From the NCBI GenBank assembly GCA_036496425.1, contig DASXLG010000070.1, positions 6,087 to 70,086 of the forward strand: 64,000 nucleotides of DNA, read 5' to 3'. This DNA comes from Terriglobia bacterium. GTDB taxonomy: Bacteria; Acidobacteriota; Terriglobia; 20CM-2-55-15. Positions 43,811-51,247 of the stretch are shown piece after piece. The notes under the pieces are model-generated. The model was not told the DNA's origin. It made no database searches and saw nothing but the letters and a program-made list of their open reading frames with translations. The translations under genes were made by a program, and so were the position numbers. Numbering within the stretch: position 1 is the first letter of the stretch; each line of letters opens with the position of its first letter.

Positions 43811-44388
43811 ATTCGCCAATCCAACAACACGATGGCGAACACCACGACCTGGTGTTCCTCTATGCCCTTCAGGCGCTTCCGACAGCCGAGATTCCCGCCG
43901 CTGAGACCCACTTCACCGGATGCGACGCCTGCCGTCAGGAGTTGGAACTCCTGCGTCCGATTGTAGGGGGCTTCACTGCATGGCCGTCGGACGTCCTGAG
44001 GCCAGCGCAGCCGCTGTGGGAACGCCTGACGCGCCGCATCTCGATGCAAACGGGACAGGAACCTGTTCTGAATCCACCACGAGCACCGGCGCAACCCGAA
44101 TGGGAAACCGTTGTGCCCGGTATCTCCGTCAAACTGCTTGCGACGGATACGCTGAAAAACCGTACCAGCATGCTGGTACGGCTCGATCCCGGAACCGAAT
44201 ATCCCCCTCATTGTCATGCCGGCGAAGAGGAGTTGCATCTCCTGTACGGCGAACTCATAATCAACAACCGGAAACTCCATCCGGGCGATTATTTTCGTGC
44301 TGCGGCCGGATCGGTGGATCATCGCGTCTGGAGCGAGACTGGCTGCACCTGCGTTCTGATCACGTCTAACGACGACGAAATCCTCTAA
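43807..44388 (+). CDS. ChrR-like zinc anti-sigma factor (ZAS domain plus C-terminal cupin)
   Basis: The ZAS motif H-x3-C-x2-C is ETHFTGCDAC. The C-terminal cupin is ...EYPPHCHAGEEELHLLYGEL..., as in the RpoE-ChrR pair. An ATGA overlaps the sigma-factor stop. Confidence 0.7.
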   Translation: MNSPIQQHDGEHHDLVFLYALQALPTAEIPAAETHFTGCDACRQELELLRPIVGGFTAWPSDVLRPAQPLWERLTRRISMQTGQEPVLNPPRAPAQPEWETVVPGISVKLLATDTLKNRTSMLVRLDPGTEYPPHCHAGEEELHLLYGELIINNRKLHPGDYFRAAAGSVDHRVWSETGCTCVLITSNDDEIL

Positions 44389-44406
44389 GATTCGACGCCA
44401 ACCCGA

Positions 44407-44940
44407 TCACAACACCTCGAACACGTGATAGATGGCACCGCCGGCCATGCGGTGTCCGTAGGCGACTGAGACGAGACGATTGAGCCAGTCGTATTTCTGC
44501 GAAGCGGTTTCGAAGTTCACAGTCACACGCATGTAATACTCCGACGGGCTGACCTGTTCGCCGCGGCCCAGGCGGTCCAGAACCTCCTTCGGCCCATGCC
44601 GCATTCCGAAATACCGCATACCGATCAGCTCGCCGTCGTCGGTCTGCATGACGAGCCGCACATTGATCGTGGTCGCGCCGTCTGCGCGAAGAGACTGCCA
44701 GTCACTGCCGCCTGAAAGAAATTTTCCTCGCAACCGCTCGCCTTCGAAACGGCCTCCGGCAATCTCGCCAATGCGCCGGTCGTAGCCGGGAGTGGCGCCG
44801 ATGATCGTCGGGGGTTTCACCTCGATCTGGAAGATAAACAGAGGCAGGACGCGAAGCGTCGCCATCTCCGATGGAAGCAATGCGGCGAGTGAGTCTGTGC
44901 TCATGAACTTTATTCCTTTCTCTGCTGTAGGGGCGGTCAT
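44407..44940 (-). CDS. DUF3237-like hypothetical protein
   Basis: ...PGYDRRIGEIAGGRFEGERLRGKFLSGGSDWQSLRADG... carries the conserved PGGDRR-type block of that family. The family assignment is tentative. Confidence 0.4.
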   Translation of the reverse strand: MTAPTAEKGIKFMSTDSLAALLPSEMATLRVLPLFIFQIEVKPPTIIGATPGYDRRIGEIAGGRFEGERLRGKFLSGGSDWQSLRADGATTINVRLVMQTDDGELIGMRYFGMRHGPKEVLDRLGRGEQVSPSEYYMRVTVNFETASQKYDWLNRLVSVAYGHRMAGGAIYHVFEVL

Positions 44941-44949
44941 AGACCGCGC

Positions 44950-46113
44950 CTACAAAAGCGATCTCAACTCCGAAATCGAGCGGACAATCCGGTCAGGGCG
45001 CACACTGCCAGACTGCGAGTGGCCGTTTCCGGACGGATGTATCCAAATGGAGAAAATTCCCAGCCGCTGGGGTTGCACGACATCCCATTCCAGATTGTCG
45101 CCGGCCATCCAGACGTCGGCTGGAGATACGGAGAGGCGCTCGAGCGCCAGTTCATAGACGCGCCGGTCGGGCTTGCCGAAACCGACTTCGCCTTCAATCA
45201 GGATCGAATCGAAAAATGGCGCAAGGCCGAAGGTCTCGATCTTTCTGCGTTGAGGAGCGCCATTGCCATTCGTCAGCAACGCCAGTTTGCATCCGCGCCC
45301 GCGGAGCCAGCGCAGAGTCTCCAGAGCGTCCGGAAAGATCTCGAGGCACTCTTCCCTCCGGTCGTGATACACGCCGCCGATCCGCAGCGCCAGACCCTCG
45401 TCCGGCATTCCAAGATCCTTCAGAGCGAGACGCACCACTTCGGTCCTGGCCGTTTGCAGATCGAGCCGGCCGGTGCGATGACGCTCGGCGTCGGACCAGA
45501 ACCACTTGCCGGAAGCCTTGACGGCTTCATAGAGAACATCGGACGCAATGCCGCATTCGGATGAGCCCGCCGAACAGGCTTCACGCCAGCACGCATCGAC
45601 CGGTCCGGAGTCATTCAGAATCGTGTCGTCGAGGTCGAGGAAAACAGCTTTCGGCGTCCGGACTTCGAGCGCAGCCCAGTCCACGGAATCGCCGATCGCA
45701 ATCTCGCCGCCGGTGATCACCTCGGCAAAAGCGCCGCCGCCCCAATTCGAATACATGAGGTTCTTCAAGCCAGGCTGGACCTCATCCATGCGCTCGCAGG
45801 GCTTCGTCTCGCCTGCGATCCGAAGCACAGCGGCGCCGACTCGCAGCAAACGTCCGCGGGAATTCGCCAGGGAGATTCCGCTGAGCATCAGGTTGGCTCG
45901 TCTTCTGGATGGAGGCGCATCGCTTCCGGCTTCGGCCGTCACCGCATCCCAGAGTTCGCGCTCCATGAGTGTCACCTGGCGCGTCCGGCTGTTGTCCACA
46001 TTGCCGCCAAGACCTTTACCGGCAATGAGGGAGGCCGTCAGCCTCGCATCCATCGATCCCCGGTGCGCACGTTTGATCCAGATTGCATCGAGCCTTCCTG
46101 CCATGAAGTTCAA
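44950..46113 (-). CDS. MOSC-domain / HAD-hydrolase fusion protein
   Basis: The N-terminal MOSC beta-barrel is SRTRQVTLMERELWDAV...RRANLMLSGISLANSRGRLLRVGAAVLRIAGETKPCERMDEVQPGL. The C-terminal HAD domain is VFLDLDDTILND...KLALLTNGNG...GKPDRRVYELALERLSVSPADVWMAGDNLEWDV. Confidence 0.65.
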   Translation of the reverse strand: MNFMAGRLDAIWIKRAHRGSMDARLTASLIAGKGLGGNVDNSRTRQVTLMERELWDAVTAEAGSDAPPSRRRANLMLSGISLANSRGRLLRVGAAVLRIAGETKPCERMDEVQPGLKNLMYSNWGGGAFAEVITGGEIAIGDSVDWAALEVRTPKAVFLDLDDTILNDSGPVDACWREACSAGSSECGIASDVLYEAVKASGKWFWSDAERHRTGRLDLQTARTEVVRLALKDLGMPDEGLALRIGGVYHDRREECLEIFPDALETLRWLRGRGCKLALLTNGNGAPQRRKIETFGLAPFFDSILIEGEVGFGKPDRRVYELALERLSVSPADVWMAGDNLEWDVVQPQRLGIFSIWIHPSGNGHSQSGSVRPDRIVRSISELRSLL

Positions 46114-46129
46114 TCGGCTGCGGCTCGTT

Positions 46130-47989
46130 CTAATTCTTCTGTTCCGGCGCGGGTTCCGCAGCAGGCGGCGCCTGTCCCCGGTTGGCTGGCGGCGGCGGAA
46201 CCGCGGCCGCGGGCATCACTGCGGTGCCGTCCAGCGCAAAGACGAACATGATCGGCGGACTATCCACTTTCGCATTGTTCGGTCCGATGGTGGTTGCCGG
46301 ACGTCCTAAACCGCCGCCGAAAGCGACGTACTGTTTGCCGTCGACTTCGTAGGTGATCGGCGGAGCCATGCCGGTGCGGCCCGTCTTCACCTCATAAAGC
46401 ACCTCGCCGTTATCGGCGCGAATGGCGCGGAAGCGCCCATCGTTGATGGTCTGGAACACCAGGTTGCCCGCGGTCGTCGTGGTTCCTCCGCCGATGCCGC
46501 CGCCCCCTTCGACATTCCACTTCAACTTCTGATTCGCCGGATCCCATGCTTGCAATCCGCCGCGCGCACCCTGAGGCGGCTCGGGACCGAAGGCCGGTCC
46601 AATCGTTTTTGTCGGACCCGAAGGACGTACATAACCGGTCGTGCCGGGCTTGTGCTCCACCTGCGCCTGATACGGGAAACTACTGTAGGAGGCGGGAATG
46701 TATACCAGTCCGGTATTCGGATTGAAGGACATCGGCGCCCAGTTGTGGGCGCCGCCGCCGGTCGGAAACACCGATACCGGATCCTGATCGTAATACGCTT
46801 CGGGATTCACGACGGGCCGCCCGCCTTCGCCCATGCGCAACGCCCAGCTCACTTTGACGAACGGCTCGGCCGAAATCAATTCGCCGGTCACGCGGTCCAG
46901 AACATAGAAGAACCCGTCCTTTGGCGCCTGCGTGATGACCTTGCGCATGCGGCCGTTGATATTGAGGTCGAGAAGCATCAATTGCGCCACGTTGTCGTAA
47001 TCCCAGTTGTCGTTCGGGACGGCCTGGTAATACCACTTGAGCTGGCCGGTCGTCAGGTCGACTGCCAGAATCGAGCATGTATAAAGGTTGTCCAGACCCT
47101 GCGCGCCGCGGAACTTCTGAACCCAGGGTTCCGCGTTGCCCGTACCGAGATAAACGAGATTCACTTCGGGATCGTAGGCAAAGCCGTCCCACACCGCGCC
47201 CCCGCCGCCATTCTTGTAGAAATCACCGCCCCAGGTCTTTGCCGCGGTGCGCAACACCGGGCTCTCATACGGCTTTGAAGGGTCGCCCGGCACCGTGTAG
47301 AAGCGCCACGCGATCTGGCCGCTCTGCGCATCCACGGCAACGAACTGGCCGCGCGTGGGTTTGTCGCCGCCGGAGGCGCCGATGATGACTTTGCCGCCTG
47401 CGATACGCGGCGCCATGGTCAATGTGTACTGGTCCTGCGGATAAACGATCCGCGTTTCCCAAACCGGCCTGCCGGTCGTGGCGTTCAATGCAAACAAACG
47501 GCCGTCGATCGCCGGCGCGATGACCATGCCGTTATACAGCGCGATCCCGCGATTCACGATGCCGCAGCAGATCGCCGGCCGTATCGTCTGGTTGACCTCT
47601 GGATCCCATCGCCAGAGTTCTTTGCCCGTCCGCGCATCGAGCGCGAAAACGACACTCCACGTCGTGATGCCGTAAAGTGTGTTGTTCCACATCAGCGGCG
47701 TACCTTCCTGATTGCCGCCGCCGGCTCCCATCTCGTAGTACCACGCCAGACCGAGACGCTTCGCGTTTGAAGCGTCGATCTGTTTCAGCGGGCTGTAACG
47801 CGTCTCGCTCTGCGTGCGGCCGTAACTCAACCACGCACCGGATTGCGAGTCATTCGCGCTGCCCGTGCGCCGAAGCACGTCGTTGGTGATGTTGGCAGGC
47901 GTGCCGACACGGGTCTGTTGTGCATACATCGCGGCGCTCACTGCAGCGATCAATAGAATAAGCACAGCGGATCGACGAAATCTGGCCAT
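46130..47989 (-). CDS. PQQ-dependent (quinoprotein) alcohol/sugar dehydrogenase, eight-bladed propeller
   Basis: Signal peptide MARFRRSAVLILLIAAVSAAMYAQQ. Family blocks include W.SYGRT..ETRYSPL.QI...N...L.LAW and the vicinal disulfide PAICCGIVNRG characteristic of PQQ-ADH-type enzymes. Repeated W-motif propeller blades and a Pro-rich C-terminal tail are present. Confidence 0.75.
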   Translation of the reverse strand: MARFRRSAVLILLIAAVSAAMYAQQTRVGTPANITNDVLRRTGSANDSQSGAWLSYGRTQSETRYSPLKQIDASNAKRLGLAWYYEMGAGGGNQEGTPLMWNNTLYGITTWSVVFALDARTGKELWRWDPEVNQTIRPAICCGIVNRGIALYNGMVIAPAIDGRLFALNATTGRPVWETRIVYPQDQYTLTMAPRIAGGKVIIGASGGDKPTRGQFVAVDAQSGQIAWRFYTVPGDPSKPYESPVLRTAAKTWGGDFYKNGGGGAVWDGFAYDPEVNLVYLGTGNAEPWVQKFRGAQGLDNLYTCSILAVDLTTGQLKWYYQAVPNDNWDYDNVAQLMLLDLNINGRMRKVITQAPKDGFFYVLDRVTGELISAEPFVKVSWALRMGEGGRPVVNPEAYYDQDPVSVFPTGGGAHNWAPMSFNPNTGLVYIPASYSSFPYQAQVEHKPGTTGYVRPSGPTKTIGPAFGPEPPQGARGGLQAWDPANQKLKWNVEGGGGIGGGTTTTAGNLVFQTINDGRFRAIRADNGEVLYEVKTGRTGMAPPITYEVDGKQYVAFGGGLGRPATTIGPNNAKVDSPPIMFVFALDGTAVMPAAAVPPPPANRGQAPPAAEPAPEQKN

Positions 47990-48078
47990 GAGATTCTCCC
48001 GGTTAAGTCCGATCAAAATATCATGAACGGCGCAAAAGGACGTAGCGGTATGAAGGCGGAGAATCGTTGTGAGAGCAG

Positions 48079-48270
48079 ACATTCCCCGCCTTTCCAAGGC
48101 GGGGAGGCTGCGCCATCAAGAGATAGTCCCGTTCCTTATCGGCGCAGACGGGGCGGTTTGTAACTTCCATCAACAAGTAAGGAGCGCTACGCGGTTCGTT
48201 GATAACCGCCCCGCCCGAGCGTTCTAACGTTTGATCTCTCGGGCACCCCGCCTTGAAAAGGCGGGGAATG
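48079..48270. repeat. R2 structured repeat, copy c, the most complete copy; it lies in the 5' leader of the PQQ-dehydrogenase gene
   Basis: acattccccgcctttccaaggcggggaggctgcgccatcaag...cggcgcagacggggcggtttgtaacttccatcaac...gttgataaccgccccgcc...caccccgccttgaaaaggcgggg. At least four hairpins are visible, and the core matches 12714-12810 and 62704-62800. Confidence 0.8.
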
Positions 48271-48277
48271 GTACAAC

Positions 48278-49933
48278 CTACTTCGATGCCGGAGCGCCTT
48301 TTGCGCCCATCAGGGATTGAAGCAAGGCGACCGTCTCCGGGAACGGTTCCGGAGCCGGGCCGCCGCGGGCGCCTCCGCGGACACCCTTCGCGAGATCGAG
48401 CGCCATTCTGCCGTCGGCATCCTTCGCCTGGAGATCGGCGCCGTGCTCGGCGAGAAACTTCACGAACGGCGTGAAGCCGTGCTCGGCCGCGCCGTGCAAA
48501 GCGGTTTCGCCCGGCACCGCAAACGCACTCGGCACCTGGCTGGAACGGCCGCCGCGGCCCGCACCGGCTGACGCGCGCTGAGCCGCGCTGTCCGTCGCCA
48601 CACGACGCGGTTCAGTGAGCATGTGGGCATTGACGTTGGCGCCGGCGTCGACGAGAAGTTTCATCGTCGCAAGCACGCCTTCGTTCGTCCGGTTCCGGCC
48701 GCGCGTGACGCGCGTTCCAAATTCAACACCGGCCGCAGCCATCAGCGGCGTGACGCCTTCTTTACTCGGCAGATCGACCAGCGCGCCGTGCTGGAGTAGA
48801 AGTTCGACAAACTTGGCATCTCCGGCCCGTGCCGCGCGCAACAACGGGGTCGCGCCCTGAGCCAGAATCGAGTCGCCGCCGCGATCCTGAGGTACATCGC
48901 GGTACGGCGGCCGGCGCTTGAGCTGAATATTCGGATTCGCGCCGGCTTCAAGCAACATCCGGCCGACATCGACGGCGGTGAGCTTGTCTTCGCTCGGAAT
49001 CACGGCCATCGCGCCGTTGCCCTTCATCGGAAGCGTGCTGACATCGGCGGCCATATAGACCGGCGAACGGCCGAAGAGATCCCACTTATCGAGGTCGGCG
49101 CCGCCCTTGATCATATACGCCGCAAACTCGAAATGAAGATTCAAGAGAGCCATGTTCATCGGCGTCACGCGATCGGGATCGTCGAGATCCGGATCGGCCT
49201 TCGCCGCGATCAAGGCTCGCGCACATTCGACGCAACCTTCGCGCGCTGCGTACAACAAAGGTGTAAAACCACCCTTGTTCATGTCCTTGGGGCGCGGCTC
49301 GGTGATGACCTTGCGTTCCCATTGGTGAACCACTCCGCGCGCATTCACGTCCGCACCATGTGACGCCAGCAGCTTGATCATCTCCGCCTGGCTCTGCGCC
49401 GCGGCCCACATGATCGCGGACTGTCCGCCCCACGTCTCTTTGGCATTAACGTCCGCTCCCGCATCCAGCAGCCGCTTAGCCGCGTCGACCTTTCCGGCGC
49501 GGGCGGCTTCCATCAACGGTGTTTCGCCGTCCGGGTTCTTTGTATTCGGATCGGCTCCGGCCTTCAACAACGCATCGATGACCGGCGTCGCACCGATAAT
49601 TGAAGCTTCGGTGATCGCCGAGGTGCCGAACTGATTCATCAATTTGACGTTGGCGCCGGCCTTGATCAGCGCGCGCACGAGGTCGAGGTCGTTATTCGCG
49701 GCCGCGTACATGATCGCCGTTGTGCCGTCGGGGCCAACCGTGTTCGGATCGGCCTTCGCGGCTAGCAACTTCAAGGCCGCCGGCCGATCGCCGGACTCGG
49801 CAGCGTCCAGAAGCGAAGGCTTCGCCGCGGTCGCGGCCCTTCCCACGACAAAGGAGACGGAACACAAGAAGCACAAAAAGCACAAGAGAGCCATTCTTGT
49901 GCCTCTTGTGTTCCTTCCCTGTTTCCTCTGCAT
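48278..49933 (-). CDS. Secreted ankyrin-repeat protein, module 4; the N-terminal signal is supplied by a palindromic repeat
   Basis: MQRKQGRNTRGTRMALLCFLCFLCSVSFVVGRAATAAKPS, then ankyrin repeats (DGTTAIMYAAANNDLDLVRALIKAGANVKLMNQFGTSAITEA...). A GGAGG Shine-Dalgarno sits 7 nt upstream inside the DUF1501 3' end. There is a 1-nt spacer between the DUF1501 stop and the ATG. Confidence 0.8.
   Translation of the reverse strand: MQRKQGRNTRGTRMALLCFLCFLCSVSFVVGRAATAAKPSLLDAAESGDRPAALKLLAAKADPNTVGPDGTTAIMYAAANNDLDLVRALIKAGANVKLMNQFGTSAITEASIIGATPVIDALLKAGADPNTKNPDGETPLMEAARAGKVDAAKRLLDAGADVNAKETWGGQSAIMWAAAQSQAEMIKLLASHGADVNARGVVHQWERKVITEPRPKDMNKGGFTPLLYAAREGCVECARALIAAKADPDLDDPDRVTPMNMALLNLHFEFAAYMIKGGADLDKWDLFGRSPVYMAADVSTLPMKGNGAMAVIPSEDKLTAVDVGRMLLEAGANPNIQLKRRPPYRDVPQDRGGDSILAQGATPLLRAARAGDAKFVELLLQHGALVDLPSKEGVTPLMAAAGVEFGTRVTRGRNRTNEGVLATMKLLVDAGANVNAHMLTEPRRVATDSAAQRASAGAGRGGRSSQVPSAFAVPGETALHGAAEHGFTPFVKFLAEHGADLQAKDADGRMALDLAKGVRGGARGGPAPEPFPETVALLQSLMGAKGAPASK
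49859..49914. repeat. Palindromic repeat family 1, copy D
   Basis: Arm 1 is ggaacacaagaagcacaaaaagcacaagaga. Arm 2 is tcttgtgcctcttgtgttcc, a shortened reverse complement. It encodes RNTRGTR-MA-LLCFLCFLCS on the minus strand. Confidence 0.8.
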
Positions 49934-49934
49934 C

Positions 49935-51221
49935 TTAGACCTCCGAAAGAACCTTATCGCTGTCGCCGATCGACTTCACCGGGATATCGTTGCGGTCGAA
50001 GATCGTCAGCAACAGGTTGGCGTGCCGCGAATCCTGCGGATACTTCAGATGCTGGCCGCCTTTGATCTTGCCGTGCGCATGGCCGAGCAGAGCCGAGGGC
50101 AGCGGATCGTTGTTGTGGCGGTCGCTGTTGCTCATATTGCTGCCGAACAGGATCGTCGAGTGATCGAGAATAGTGCCGTCGCCTTCCTGTGCCGCCGCGA
50201 TGTGCTTGATAAATCCGGCAAACACTTCGGTGTGGTACTTCTGGATCTGGACCAGCTTATCCATTTTTTGCGGATTGTTTCCGTGATGCGACAGAGGATG
50301 GAAACCCTCGGCGATGCCGAGGTTCGTGTAGGTGCGCATGCTGGCTTCGCGATCCATCGACATCGTGATGATGCGGGTAATGTCGGCCTGGAACGCGAGC
50401 GACATCAGATCGAACATCAGCTTGAAATGTTCGGTGATGTCGTTGGGCGTGCCGACCGGTGCATCGGGAATGTTCAGTGCCGCGGTGTCCTGTTTCTCCG
50501 CCATCTGGACGCGGCGCTCGATCTCGCGAACCGAATCAAGGTAGTCGCCCACCACAACGCGGTCACGCGCGCCGAGGCCGGCCTGCAATCGTTTGGCTTG
50601 CGCCTGCACACGGTCCAGAATGCTGTCGGTTTCGTGCAGAATTTCCGCGCGTTCTTTATCGGTGTCGCCCTGGCCGAATAGTTTCTGGAACACCGCGCGG
50701 GGATTGCCTTCCTGCGGCAGCGACTGCGTCGGCGTCCGCCAGGACAATCGGGCGCCTCCTTGAGCGGTCGTGAGTTCCAGCGACGGCAGCCGCGTATCCT
50801 GACCGACGTAGCGCACCAGCATCTGATCGGCGGTAACGCCGGCATCCTTACCGGCAACGCCCATATCCCAAGGCTTCACACAGCTTAACCACGTCTGCTC
50901 GATGTAGGCGTGGGGCTCCGGCGTTTCTCCCTGTTTGTTGCGCAAACCCGACACGATGGTCAGGTGCTGTCGATACGGCGCCAACGGCTCGAGAATCGGC
51001 GACATCTCGTAGGCCGTGCCGGTCTCCTTCGGCGACCAGTGATCCATGATTGCGCCGTGGGGAAATCCGATAAACGCGAACCGTTTCGGCGTTGAACCGG
51101 CGGCCGTGGCTGCCCACGCAGTGGCGGCAGGACTCATCGCATCCAGGAGCGGCAGCCCGATCGTGGCTCCGATGCCCTTCAATACCGTGCGTCTCGAAAT
51201 ATGCTTCTTGTCGATAAACAT
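49935..51221 (-). CDS. DUF1501 family protein (Tat-exported), module 4
   Basis: MFIDKKHISRRTVLKGIGATIGLPLLDAM, with the family blocks FIGFPHG and HS.ILFGSNMSNSDRHNNDPLP. Length is 428 aa. Confidence 0.85.
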   Translation of the reverse strand: MFIDKKHISRRTVLKGIGATIGLPLLDAMSPAATAWAATAAGSTPKRFAFIGFPHGAIMDHWSPKETGTAYEMSPILEPLAPYRQHLTIVSGLRNKQGETPEPHAYIEQTWLSCVKPWDMGVAGKDAGVTADQMLVRYVGQDTRLPSLELTTAQGGARLSWRTPTQSLPQEGNPRAVFQKLFGQGDTDKERAEILHETDSILDRVQAQAKRLQAGLGARDRVVVGDYLDSVREIERRVQMAEKQDTAALNIPDAPVGTPNDITEHFKLMFDLMSLAFQADITRIITMSMDREASMRTYTNLGIAEGFHPLSHHGNNPQKMDKLVQIQKYHTEVFAGFIKHIAAAQEGDGTILDHSTILFGSNMSNSDRHNNDPLPSALLGHAHGKIKGGQHLKYPQDSRHANLLLTIFDRNDIPVKSIGDSDKVLSEV

Positions 51222-51247
51222 GACGTATCTCCCCTATCGAAGATTGC

